From positions 28,941 to 92,940 of the forward strand of contig SCRA01000017.1 of NCBI GenBank assembly GCA_004297985.1: 64,000 nt of DNA, given 5' to 3'. The DNA is from a bacterium. GTDB lineage: Bacteria; Vulcanimicrobiota; Vulcanimicrobiia; Vulcanimicrobiales; SCRA01. The notes beneath the pieces were generated by a model. That model saw only the letters and a list, made by a program, of their open reading frames with translations. It was not told the DNA's origin and did not search any database. The translations under genes were made by a program, and so were the position numbers. Positions 49,641-58,993 of the stretch are shown in pieces (position 1 is the stretch's first letter; each line of letters starts with the position of its first letter).

Positions 49641-51167
49641 ATGCCACGTCGCGTACTTGCCAGTCTCCTCGCAGCCGTGTTCATCGGCGGCACCGCGTTC
49701 GGCGGCGCTCTTCCGGCCCGTGCGCAGTCGGACAGCGACACGCTGACGATCTCGCAGGGCGTCGACGCCGATACGCTCGATCCCATCTCGACGGCCGTCA
49801 CGACGACCGACAACCTGATCTTCCAGATCTTCGACGCGCTCTTGGCGCACGATCCGCACGGCAAGCTCGTTCCGGGTCTTGCGACCTCGTGGAAACAGAC
49901 TGCCCCGGACAAGTGGGAGTTCAAGCTCCGTCACGGCGTGACGTTCTCGAACGGTGATCCCTTCACCAGTGCCGACGTGAAGTTCACTGTTGAGAAGACG
50001 CTCGACCCTGCCTTCAAATCGCAGAAGCGCAACCGTGTCAGCATGATCAGCGAGGTGTTGACGCCCGACCCCTACACGGTGGTCTACGTTACCAAGAAGC
50101 CCTCGGCGATCATGCCGGGCCGGCCCTACGACCTGCGCATCGTCGACGCGAAGTATTGGCAGGCCCACGGCGATACCTACATGTCCGACCATCCGATCGG
50201 CACCGGCCCGTACGTGCTCAAGGAGTGGCGCAAGGACGACCGCATCGTCCTTACGGCGCGCAAGGGCTACTGGGGCGGCGATGCCGCGATCAAGACCGTG
50301 GTCTTCAGACCCATCCCAGAGGCCGCCTCGCGCGTAGCCGCGCTGCAGACGGGCGAGACGGACATCATCACCAACGTACCGACCCAGAACGCCGACCAGA
50401 TCGCCAATGGCAGGCTGACCAAGCTCGGCACGGTGCGCAGCGATCGCGTGCTCTTCATCGCGTTCAATACGCAGAAGCCTGGGCCGCAGACCAACGTCTC
50501 GTTCCGCCAGGCGCTGAACTATGCGGTCAACGTTCCCGCCATCATCAAGACGGTCCTCAAGGGTCACGGCTATCCGCTGCAGAGCGGGCCCATCCCGCCG
50601 GGTTTCGTCGGCTACGATGCGAAACTGCCATCCTACTCCTACGATCCCGCCAAGGCCAAAACGCTGTTGAAGAAGGCGGGCATCGATGGACCGCTCAACC
50701 TCGAGCTCTGGTCGCCCTCCGGCCGCTACAACATGGATAAGGAAGTAGCCGAGGCCGTTGCGGGTCAACTCGCAGGGGTGGGCATCAACGCCACGGTCAA
50801 GACCCAGGAGTGGACCAACTACGTGGGCGGCATCAGCCACAAGGCCTTGGTGCCGATGTACGAGCTGGGTTGGGGGAACGACACCTTCGACGCGGATGAC
50901 ACGCTCACTGCGCTCTTCACCACGGACTACCCGATCTCGACCTGGGGCACCCCGGAGACGGACAAGATGATCGAGGCGGCGCGTCTGGAGACCGATCCCG
51001 CCAAGCGGGAGGCGATGTACGCGAAGATCCTGGGCGCGGTGCATGAGCAGGCGCCGTGGCTCTTCCTCTTCGAGTACCAGGACCTCTACGGGATCAACAA
51101 GCGGGTCGATTTCCAACCCCGCACCGACGAGTTGATCATCTGCCACGACATGAAGTGGGCTAAATAG
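49641..51167 (+). CDS. ABC transporter substrate-binding protein, family 5 (peptide/nickel, DppA/OppA-like)
   Basis: It has a signal peptide (MPRRVLASLLAAVFIGGTAFGGALPARA) and the family 5 pattern (DTLTISQGVDADTLDP ... GTGPYVLKEW). The RBS is GGAGG. Confidence 0.9.
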   Translation: MPRRVLASLLAAVFIGGTAFGGALPARAQSDSDTLTISQGVDADTLDPISTAVTTTDNLIFQIFDALLAHDPHGKLVPGLATSWKQTAPDKWEFKLRHGVTFSNGDPFTSADVKFTVEKTLDPAFKSQKRNRVSMISEVLTPDPYTVVYVTKKPSAIMPGRPYDLRIVDAKYWQAHGDTYMSDHPIGTGPYVLKEWRKDDRIVLTARKGYWGGDAAIKTVVFRPIPEAASRVAALQTGETDIITNVPTQNADQIANGRLTKLGTVRSDRVLFIAFNTQKPGPQTNVSFRQALNYAVNVPAIIKTVLKGHGYPLQSGPIPPGFVGYDAKLPSYSYDPAKAKTLLKKAGIDGPLNLELWSPSGRYNMDKEVAEAVAGQLAGVGINATVKTQEWTNYVGGISHKALVPMYELGWGNDTFDADDTLTALFTTDYPISTWGTPETDKMIEAARLETDPAKREAMYAKILGAVHEQAPWLFLFEYQDLYGINKRVDFQPRTDELIICHDMKWAK

Positions 51168-51169
51168 GT

Positions 51170-51375
51170 TCTGGGTTTGGAGGCTCTTCCCGCCGATGCG
51201 TGTGGAAGGGCCTCCGCGGCGTGCGCGCGGGAGGGGCCTCCCCGTAGCCGTTTACGCAGCGGCGCGCACTCATGGATGAGGGAGCGACGCGAGGCTTTGA
51301 GCAAGCCGCGCGTGATGCGCGGCGCGGCGACGGCGAAGGGGAGGCCCTCCCGCACGCACGTGAACGGAGGCGTAG
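51170..51375. repeat. Structured GC-rich intergenic repeat element, copy C (between SBP and permease genes)
   Basis: GTGCGCGCGGGAGGGGCCTCCCC (51221-51243) pairs with GGGGAGGCCCTCCCGCACGCAC (51338-51359), with one mismatch and one bulge. The stem encloses the core 51291-51331, which is shared with copy A. Confidence 0.6.
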
Positions 51376-51378
51376 CAG

Positions 51379-52296
51379 ATGGCGGCGTACCTCGTGCGGC
51401 GGCTCTTCGGGGCCCTGGTGGTCCTGGCGGGTGTGGCCGTCGCCGTCTTCCTCATCCTGCATCTGACGGGCGATCCGGCACTGGTGATGCTGCCGCCGGA
51501 TGCCTCGCAGCAGGACATCGCGAACTTCCGCCATGAGTATGGCTTCGACAAGCCGGTGATCGTGCAGTTCGCAGCCTTCGCCGTGCATGCCGCGCGCGGC
51601 GATTTCGGCACCTCCATCCGTCACGGTGATCCCGCGATGTCACTTGCTCTCGAGCGCCTGCCCGCGACAGCGGAGCTGGCGTTCTTGGCACTGGTTCTCG
51701 CGGTAGCCGTTGCGATACCATCCGGCATCATCGCGGCCCAGCGCCGCGAGAGCATCTGGGACTACGTGGTGCGCGTGGTCTCGCTGATCGGCCAAGCGGC
51801 CCCGGTCTACTGGCTGGGGATCATGCTGATCCTCATCTTCGGCGTGGGCCTTGGCTGGCTGCCCATCGGCGGACGCGGCGGCTTGAGCCATCTCGTCCTT
51901 CCCACGGTCACGCTGGGCGCCTTCACGGCGGCCAAGCTCATGCGCATCACCCGTTCGGGGATGCTCGACGTCGGGCGCTCGGACTACGTGCGAACCGCAT
52001 TGGCCAAGGGCATGGCACCGCTCTCCGTGACGCTCAAGCACACGCTGCGTAACGCCATTCTGCCAATCGTCACCGTCATCGGCTTGGAGCTGGGGAACCT
52101 GCTCTCGGGCGCGGTGATCACCGAGACGATCTTCTCGTGGCCGGGCATCGGGCGCCTTGCCGTACAGGCGATCTACGACCGCGACTATCCCGTGGTCGAG
52201 GCGATCGTTATCCTCACAGCGGCAATCTTCGTCGGCCTCAATCTCCTGGTCGACCTTGCGTACGCCGCTCTCGATCCGCGTGTGACCTACGGCTGA
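51379..52296 (+). CDS. Peptide-type ABC transporter permease (DppB/OppB-like)
   Basis: It begins MAAYLVRRLFGALVVLAGVAVAVFLILHLTGDP. The EAA region reads YVRTALAKGMAPLSVTLKHTLRNAILPIVTVIG. Confidence 0.9.
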   Translation: MAAYLVRRLFGALVVLAGVAVAVFLILHLTGDPALVMLPPDASQQDIANFRHEYGFDKPVIVQFAAFAVHAARGDFGTSIRHGDPAMSLALERLPATAELAFLALVLAVAVAIPSGIIAAQRRESIWDYVVRVVSLIGQAAPVYWLGIMLILIFGVGLGWLPIGGRGGLSHLVLPTVTLGAFTAAKLMRITRSGMLDVGRSDYVRTALAKGMAPLSVTLKHTLRNAILPIVTVIGLELGNLLSGAVITETIFSWPGIGRLAVQAIYDRDYPVVEAIVILTAAIFVGLNLLVDLAYAALDPRVTYG

Positions 52297-53204
52297 TGGC
52301 TATGCTGGACGCCGCCGCCGCCATCGCCGCCCCCGACGAGGCTTTCAGCCAGCGCCGCTATCAGGCGTTGCGCAACTTCGTGCGCAGCCGAGCCGCGCTC
52401 TTCGGCGGGGCCGTGGTCGCGCTGCTGCTGGTCTGTGCCATCTTCGCGCCGTGGATAGCGCCGCACGATCCGCGCCTGCAGAACCTCAATCTCGGTTCCC
52501 TTCCGCCCATCTGGCAGCACGGTTCCCGCGCCGGCTACTGGCTGGGTACCGACGAGCTAGGGCGCGACATCCTCTCACGAATCGTCTTCGGCGCACGCCT
52601 TTCGGCGATCGTCGCCTTCTCCGTGGTCATCATCGGCAGCGTGATCGGCGTCTCCCTTGGGTTGATCTCCGGGTATGTCGGCGGTTGGGTCGACGACGTG
52701 ATCATGCGCATCGCCGACATCCAGCTCGCCTTTCCGTACGTGCTGCTGGCGATCGCCGTCATCGGCGTCGTCGGCGCCAATCTCTACACGATCATCGGAG
52801 TCATCGGCGTCACGTCGTGGGTGCAGTACGTGCGCGTGGTGCGTTCAGAAGTGATCTCGCTGCGCGAGCGCGAGTTCGTTCAGGCGGCGCAAGCCATCGG
52901 CTGTGCCCCGATCCGCATCATCTTCCGCCACGTGCTGCCCAACGTCACCTCGTCGGTGACGGTGATCGCCACCTTCGAGCTGGCGCGTGCCATCATCTTC
53001 GAGGCGGCGCTCTCCTTCCTTGGGCTGGGCGTCCCGCCGGCGGTGCCATCGTGGGGCAATATGCTGGCGGAGGGGCGCCAGTATCTCGATACGGCGTGGT
53101 GGATGGGCACGTTTCCCGGCTTTGCGATCATGCTCACGGTGTTGGGCGTGAACGTATTGGGCGACGGCCTGCGCGACGCTCTCGATCCCGGTCTGAACCC
53201 ATGA
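52296..53204 (+). CDS. Peptide-type ABC transporter permease (DppC/OppC-like)
   Basis: ATG 52296 overlaps the dppB-like stop (TGATG). The patterns LGTDELGRDILSRIVFGARLS and EFVQAAQAIGCAPIRIIFRHVLPN are present. Confidence 0.9.
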   Translation: MAMLDAAAAIAAPDEAFSQRRYQALRNFVRSRAALFGGAVVALLLVCAIFAPWIAPHDPRLQNLNLGSLPPIWQHGSRAGYWLGTDELGRDILSRIVFGARLSAIVAFSVVIIGSVIGVSLGLISGYVGGWVDDVIMRIADIQLAFPYVLLAIAVIGVVGANLYTIIGVIGVTSWVQYVRVVRSEVISLREREFVQAAQAIGCAPIRIIFRHVLPNVTSSVTVIATFELARAIIFEAALSFLGLGVPPAVPSWGNMLAEGRQYLDTAWWMGTFPGFAIMLTVLGVNVLGDGLRDALDPGLNP

Positions 53205-53223
53205 CCGCGCTGCTGCTCCGCCC

Positions 53224-54840
53224 ATGAGACTGCGCGAGGCCTTAGAGCTCCCGTCGCTGAGCCGAGCACGCGTGGTCGCCGGCGCTCATGGCCTCGAGCG
53301 CGAGGTTCGTTGGGTGCATGTCGTCGATATCCCGGAGCCCGGCCCGTGGGTGCGCGAGGGGCAATTGGTGCTCACCACGGGGTACGCATGGCCGCGCAAG
53401 GGGCCCTCTCAACGCGAACAGATTCACTTGTTGGCCGAGCGAAAGGTCGCGGGCCTCGCACTGGCTGTGCCGCACTTCTTCGAGCATTTTTCCAAAGGGG
53501 CATATGCCGAAGCCGAGTCGCTCGGCCTCCCGCTGCTGGAGGTGCCGTGGGAGGTGCCGTTCGCCGAGATCACCGAGGAAGTGCACCGTGCGATTCTTGC
53601 GGAGCACTATCTGGTGATGGAGCGTTCCGAGGTGATCCACCGCGAGCTGACGCGTGGCGCTACCGAGGCGACGAGCCTGCAGGATCTCGCGCGCACGCTC
53701 GGTGGGATCATCGGGCGTTCAGTCACCTTCGAGGATCCGGAGGGCAGGCTGCTCGCCCACCACGAGGTGTCCACATGCGAGGACCCTGCGCACCGCTCGA
53801 CGCTTGAGGACGCCCAGACTCCCGAGGACATCTTGCACGTCCTCGATGCCGAGGGATACCTCGCCACGATGCGCGCGAGCACCAAGCCGGTGCGCATCCC
53901 CTCCATGCCGAGTCTCGGGTTCGACGCTCGGCTCGTCTGTCCGATTCGCCTCAACGGCACCCTCGTCGGCTTCGTGTGGGTCGTTGAAGGCGACAATCCG
54001 CTCAGCGAGCTGGACAGCCGCGCCGCCGAACATGCCGCGCTGGTAGCGGCCCTGCAGATCGCACGACAACGCGAGCTGAGCCTGCTGGAGGCGCGCCTGG
54101 GGCACGCCGGCGTCGTCGCGCTGATCGAAGGCTCTCTCGAAGCCACGGCGCAGACGCTGGAGCGCGCGCTGTTGCTTGGTTTCGATCCCGACGGCTGCTA
54201 TCGCGCGGTGATCTTCGTCGTCGATGAGAGCGTACCGGCCGATCGCGAGAGCTTCCTACGGCGCGAGCGTCTCGAAGAGCAGCTGAGGCGTCACCTGCTG
54301 CGGCTGGGCGCTGCGCCGTTGCTGGCGGTGTCGGTGAACCGGGTCATCGTGCTGCTGCCCGAGCGCTACCCGGTGGAGACGCTGAAGTTGCCCTCCGTGG
54401 GTGAGGAGTTCGCCATCCTCGCGGGGCGCGCGCACCATGGCATCGAGGGCGTGCAGAGGAGTTATCGCGAGGCCCTCTCGCTCGTATCATACGCGCGTTG
54501 TGGCGAGATCGCCCTCTACGAAGAACAGGTCGTCCCGCGCGTCTTGCTGGGCGACCCCGAGGCTCGCGGCGTCTTTCTCGATCAGATTTTCGGGCCGATG
54601 CGGCGCGAGCGGCGGGGCGAGATCTTGGAGGAGGGCCTCTGTACGTTCGTGGCAAACGGATTCCAGTTCCAGGAGACGGCGCGCCGGCTGCAGATTCATC
54701 CGAACACGCTGCGCTACCGCCTTCAGCATGTGGAAGATCTCCTTCAGATGTCGCTTGATGAGCCGGAAACGCGCTTTCGCCTCCAACTCGCCATACATAT
54801 CTTGGAGCTGAAGCACAAGAATGAGCCTCGAAGATTGTAG
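53224..54840 (+). CDS. PucR-family transcriptional regulator
   Basis: It has a PucR-type N-terminal domain (VVAGAHGLEREVRWVHVVDIPEPGPWVREGQLVLTTG) and the C-terminal HTH (ETARRLQIHPNTLRYRLQHVEDLL). Confidence 0.85.
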   Translation: MRLREALELPSLSRARVVAGAHGLEREVRWVHVVDIPEPGPWVREGQLVLTTGYAWPRKGPSQREQIHLLAERKVAGLALAVPHFFEHFSKGAYAEAESLGLPLLEVPWEVPFAEITEEVHRAILAEHYLVMERSEVIHRELTRGATEATSLQDLARTLGGIIGRSVTFEDPEGRLLAHHEVSTCEDPAHRSTLEDAQTPEDILHVLDAEGYLATMRASTKPVRIPSMPSLGFDARLVCPIRLNGTLVGFVWVVEGDNPLSELDSRAAEHAALVAALQIARQRELSLLEARLGHAGVVALIEGSLEATAQTLERALLLGFDPDGCYRAVIFVVDESVPADRESFLRRERLEEQLRRHLLRLGAAPLLAVSVNRVIVLLPERYPVETLKLPSVGEEFAILAGRAHHGIEGVQRSYREALSLVSYARCGEIALYEEQVVPRVLLGDPEARGVFLDQIFGPMRRERRGEILEEGLCTFVANGFQFQETARRLQIHPNTLRYRLQHVEDLLQMSLDEPETRFRLQLAIHILELKHKNEPRRL

Positions 54841-54898
54841 GAATCGTACGTAGCCAATCGGACGATCCTTCACGTAGAGTGTGTGATACACACGCTGG

Positions 54899-56215
54899 AT
54901 GGAAGGACCGTCTCCTGTGTCTGTCAGCACTCATTCCGCGCAGTCTCTTCACGAGATGCGCCGGCGAGCCGTACCTCGCGGCGTAGGCAACGCCCATCCG
55001 ATATTCATCGAGCGAGCCGAGGGTGCCCGCGTCTGGGACATCGACGGTAAAGAGTACATCGACTTCGTCGGCGGCATCGGCGTCCTGAACATCGGTCATC
55101 GCCATCCCCATGTGCTGGCCGCAGTCCGAGCTCAGCTCGAACGGCTGATGCATACGTGTTTCCAAGTGGCGATGTACGATGGATACGTCATGCTCGCTGA
55201 TGCGCTCAACGGCGTGACGCCGGGGACGTTCGCTAAGAAGACGCTGTTGCTCAGCACCGGCGCCGAAGCGATCGAAAACGCGGTGAAGATTGCCCGCCAG
55301 GCCACCGGGCGGCAGGCGATCGTCACGTTCTCGCACGGTTTCCACGGTCGAACGCTGCTGACGCTCAGCATGACCGGCAAGAGTGCGCCGTACAAGCAGA
55401 ACTTCGGACCGTACAGCCCAGAAGTCTACCATGCTCCTTTCCCCTACGAGTACCGCGGCTGGTCTACCGCGCAAGCGATCGGCGCGCTCTACGATCTCTT
55501 CGAGACGCAGGTTCAGCCCGATCGCGTGGCAGCGGTGGTGATCGAGCCGGTCCTCGGCGAGGGCGGCTTCGTTCCGGCACCCGCGGATTTTCTCGTCGAG
55601 CTGCGCGAGATCACCGAGCGCCACGGCATCCTCCTCGTCGCCGACGAGATACAGTCTGGCTTCGGACGCACCGGCAAGATGTTCGCCGTCGAGCACAGCG
55701 GCGTCGTCCCGGATATGGTCGTCATGGCGAAGAGCCTCGCCGCCGGGCTTCCGCTTTCCGCCGTAACCGGGCGCGCCGAGGTCATGGATGCGCCGTTTCC
55801 GGGAGGTCTCGGAGGCACCTATGCCGGCAACCCCGTCGCTTGCGCAGCGGCCCTCGCCACGCTCGAAGTCTTCGAACGCGAGCACGTTCTCGAGCGGGCG
55901 GGCGTCGTCGGCGAGCGCATCGCGCGTTCGATGGCGGCGCTTCACGAGAGTCATCGTGACGTCGGCGACGTTCGCGGGCTCGGTGCGATGAGAGCGATGG
56001 AACTGGTGACCGACCGCGCGACAAAACTACCGAATCGCGCCGCTGCGGAGCGCCTGGTCGAAGTCGCCCGCAGCAAAGGGCTGCTCTTGATGCGCGCCGG
56101 CCTCGAGAACAATACGATACGCGTCCTCGTTCCCCTGACCGTGTCGGATGAAGAGCTGGAACTGGGGCTCGAGCGTTTGGCCGCAAGTACCAAGGAAGTT
56201 CTTGGTTCCTGGTAA
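54899..56215 (+). CDS. gabT: Class III aminotransferase, 4-aminobutyrate aminotransferase-like
   Basis: GabT-like patterns are present (AVPRGVGNAHPIFIERAEGARVWDIDGKEYIDFVGGIGVLNIGHRHP, ADEIQSGFGRTGKMFA, and the PLP lysine in MAKSLAAGLPLS). Confidence 0.9.
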   Translation: MEGPSPVSVSTHSAQSLHEMRRRAVPRGVGNAHPIFIERAEGARVWDIDGKEYIDFVGGIGVLNIGHRHPHVLAAVRAQLERLMHTCFQVAMYDGYVMLADALNGVTPGTFAKKTLLLSTGAEAIENAVKIARQATGRQAIVTFSHGFHGRTLLTLSMTGKSAPYKQNFGPYSPEVYHAPFPYEYRGWSTAQAIGALYDLFETQVQPDRVAAVVIEPVLGEGGFVPAPADFLVELREITERHGILLVADEIQSGFGRTGKMFAVEHSGVVPDMVVMAKSLAAGLPLSAVTGRAEVMDAPFPGGLGGTYAGNPVACAAALATLEVFEREHVLERAGVVGERIARSMAALHESHRDVGDVRGLGAMRAMELVTDRATKLPNRAAAERLVEVARSKGLLLMRAGLENNTIRVLVPLTVSDEELELGLERLAASTKEVLGSW

Positions 56216-56270
56216 GAGCCGGATCGATATACTCGTCGGACTCATCCATTCGTCGTCAAAGGAGTCGCTC

Positions 56271-57542
56271 GTGAAGAATCGCTCCCTTCTTAGAGCCGCC
56301 GTGACTACGGCGGCGCTGTCGGCCCTCGTCGTTCAACCTATGGTGATGGCACCCGCCGCTGCAGATGCTCCTAGCCTGGTGAAGATCGGGGTGACCGCGC
56401 CCCTCTCTGGTCCCGGGGCCCAATCGGGCCTCGCGGTACGGACCGGCATGCAGCTGGCGGTCGATCAGACGAACGCCAAGGGTGGTGTGACGATCGATGG
56501 CAAACGCGTCAAGGTGCAGGCCGTCTTCGAAGACGATCAGTCGAATGCGGCTTCGGGTGTGAGCGCGGCATTGAAACTTCTCACGCAGGAGAAAGTCGAG
56601 TTCTTGATCGGCGACGCGTTTCGCAGTGATGTCACGCTCGCCATCATGGATCTCGCTCCCCAGTTCAAGGTTCCGATCATGAGCGGCGAGGCCGTTGCCG
56701 GCTCCATCTCCAAGAAAGTCGCCGCAGATCCGAAGAAGTACGCCAACTTCTGGAAGGGAAACCTCTCGAGCGACTCCTACGCGTATTCGATGTCGACGGC
56801 TATCGAAGATCTGGTCGCGTCGGGCAAGCTGAAGGTGCCCAGCAAGACGGTAGCGTTCATCAGCGAGGATACGGAGTATGGGCGAACGATCGCGCAGTTG
56901 ACCGGGGCCGTCTTTGAGAAGGCGGGATGGAAGGTCGTCGATGCGGAGACCGTGGCTCTGGGCTCCTCGGACTTCTATCCGCAGTTCAACAAGTTCAAGT
57001 CGATGGACCCGGGTCTGGTCATGGGAACCTTCACCTCGGCGGACTCCGGAGTGGCCCTCGTCAAGCAGTTCCATGAGTTGGGCATCCATGCGGCACTCGC
57101 TGGCATCTACTTTCCGAATCGCCCCGAGTTCCTGAGTGGAGCGCAGAAGAGCGCCGACGGCCTGGTCTGGGCTACGCTGCAGTACGATCCGGTCCACAGC
57201 AAGACGCAGCGCGCCTTCGCCGCGCTGGTTGATAGCCAGGCTCACCAGAAGGCTACGTATGATATCGCCGCCGGCTTCGACATCATGAGCGTAGCGCTCG
57301 CGGCGTTGCAGAAGGCGGGGTCGACCGACGTTGCCGTCGTCGACAAGGCGATGCTCGGCCTCAACTATAAGGGGCTGCTGGGACGCTACGACTTCGACGC
57401 CAAAGATCACACCGTCAAGTCGGGCCCGGAATATGTGGTGTGGCCCGTGGCGCAAATCATCGGCGGCGAGAGCTTCGTGATCTGGCCGAAGAACCTGGCG
57501 ACGCATGCGGCAGTTCCGCAGGTGTGGCTCCAGGGCAAATAG
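56271..57542 (+). CDS. Liv-type ABC transporter substrate-binding protein
   Basis: GTG 56271 lies behind AAGGAG. It has a signal peptide (VKNRSLLRAAVTTAALSALVVQPMVMAPAAADA) and the PBP pattern (IGVTAPLSGPGAQSGLAVRTGMQLAVDQTNAKGGV). Confidence 0.85.
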   Translation: MKNRSLLRAAVTTAALSALVVQPMVMAPAAADAPSLVKIGVTAPLSGPGAQSGLAVRTGMQLAVDQTNAKGGVTIDGKRVKVQAVFEDDQSNAASGVSAALKLLTQEKVEFLIGDAFRSDVTLAIMDLAPQFKVPIMSGEAVAGSISKKVAADPKKYANFWKGNLSSDSYAYSMSTAIEDLVASGKLKVPSKTVAFISEDTEYGRTIAQLTGAVFEKAGWKVVDAETVALGSSDFYPQFNKFKSMDPGLVMGTFTSADSGVALVKQFHELGIHAALAGIYFPNRPEFLSGAQKSADGLVWATLQYDPVHSKTQRAFAALVDSQAHQKATYDIAAGFDIMSVALAALQKAGSTDVAVVDKAMLGLNYKGLLGRYDFDAKDHTVKSGPEYVVWPVAQIIGGESFVIWPKNLATHAAVPQVWLQGK

Positions 57543-57551
57543 ACGCCGATC

Positions 57552-58289
57552 ATGGGGGCATTGCTGCAGCTCAAAGAGGTGACGAAGGCGTTTGGCAGTT
57601 TGCGCGTGCTTGACGCCCTCGACCTCGACATCGACCAGGGCGAGATTCGCGGCCTTATCGGCCCCAACGGTGCTGGGAAGACCACGCTCTTCAATGTGAT
57701 CGCCGGCGCATTGCGGGGCGACCAGGGGGTGATCACCTTGGACGGCAGTGAGGTCACGCGCCTTGGCTGTGCGGACCGCTGCCGCCGGGGATTGGCGCGA
57801 ACGTTTCAGGTGCCTAAGCTCTTCGTGGGGATGACGGTGCTGGAGAATGCGGAGGTCGCCGCGCTCTTCGGCAACCCGGAGCACCAGAGCCGCAGCGAGG
57901 CCGTGGCGCGGGCGCGCTGGGCGCTCGACCTCGCCGGCATCGGCGAGCTTGCCGGCGCCAAAGCCTCGGTTCTGACGACAGGGCAGCGCAAGATGCTGGA
58001 GCTGGCTCGAGCGATTGCGACCGGCGCCAAGCTGCTGCTGCTCGATGAAGTGATGGCGGGACTCAATCCAACCGAACTCCAGCACGCCTGCGACTCCCTG
58101 CGCGCATTGCAGGCTACCGGCTTCACCATCCTGATGGTGGAGCATGTCATGCAGGCGCTGATGTCACTCTCCCATCGCGTGAGCGTCCTCTTCAACGGGA
58201 AGATCATCATGACCGATGTACCCGAGCGTGTCGCCTGCGACCCGCGCGTCACCGAGGCGTATCTTGGAAAATCACGCGGCGTTGCTTGA
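57552..58289 (+). CDS. livG: Liv-type ABC transporter ATP-binding protein (LivG-like)
   Basis: It has GPNGAGKTTLFNVIAG, LLLLDEVMAGLNP and VEHVM. Confidence 0.9.
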   Translation: MGALLQLKEVTKAFGSLRVLDALDLDIDQGEIRGLIGPNGAGKTTLFNVIAGALRGDQGVITLDGSEVTRLGCADRCRRGLARTFQVPKLFVGMTVLENAEVAALFGNPEHQSRSEAVARARWALDLAGIGELAGAKASVLTTGQRKMLELARAIATGAKLLLLDEVMAGLNPTELQHACDSLRALQATGFTILMVEHVMQALMSLSHRVSVLFNGKIIMTDVPERVACDPRVTEAYLGKSRGVA

Positions 58290-58986
58290 GCTCACCGGCA
58301 TCGAGGCCGGATATGCGGGAGTCCAGGTTCTGTGGGGGGTTGACTTAGAGCTGCGAGAGCGTGAGATCGTAGCCTTGCTCGGCGCCAACGGTGCCGGTAA
58401 GACCACCGTGCTGCGTACGATCTCGGGGATCGTGAAGCCGTGGCACGGAGACATCGTGCTACAGAAGCAGAATCTCGACGGCCTCAGCCCGCGAGAGATC
58501 GTCTCTCGCGGAGTCATCCACGTCCCTGAGGGCCGGCACGTCTTCCCACGCATGTCGGTGGTCGACAACCTCCGAGCGGGGGCATACACGGAGCGTGCCT
58601 GGTCTCACCAACGCGAGACGCTCGAAGAGGTCTACGGCCTCTTCCCGCGCCTGTACGAGCGTCGCAGTCAGCTGGCGGGGACGCTCTCGGGCGGTGAGCA
58701 GCAGATGCTGGCTATCGGACGTGGGTTGATGGCACGGCCGAAGTGCTTGATGATCGACGAACCTTCGTTGGGCTTAGCGCCCAAGCTCGTCGATGCGGTC
58801 TTGGATCTCGTGATCCAGATTCGCGACCTGGGCTGCACCGTTCTGCTGGTCGAACAGAATGCTCAGCGTGCGCTCGAGGTTGCCGAACGCGCCTACGTGA
58901 TGGAGCATGGGCGCATCCTCTTTGCCGGCGCCAGCGCGGCAGTCGCGGGCGATCCCGCGATACGCCAGGCGTACTTAGGACTCTAG
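58264..58986 (+). CDS. livF: Liv-type ABC transporter ATP-binding protein (LivF-like)
   Basis: TTG 58264 lies behind GAGG and overlaps the livG-like 3' end. It has GANGAGKTTVLRTISG, LSGGEQQMLAIGRGL and LMIDEPSLGLAP. Confidence 0.9.
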   Translation: MENHAALLELTGIEAGYAGVQVLWGVDLELREREIVALLGANGAGKTTVLRTISGIVKPWHGDIVLQKQNLDGLSPREIVSRGVIHVPEGRHVFPRMSVVDNLRAGAYTERAWSHQRETLEEVYGLFPRLYERRSQLAGTLSGGEQQMLAIGRGLMARPKCLMIDEPSLGLAPKLVDAVLDLVIQIRDLGCTVLLVEQNAQRALEVAERAYVMEHGRILFAGASAAVAGDPAIRQAYLGL

Positions 58987-58993
58987 AGATTTC

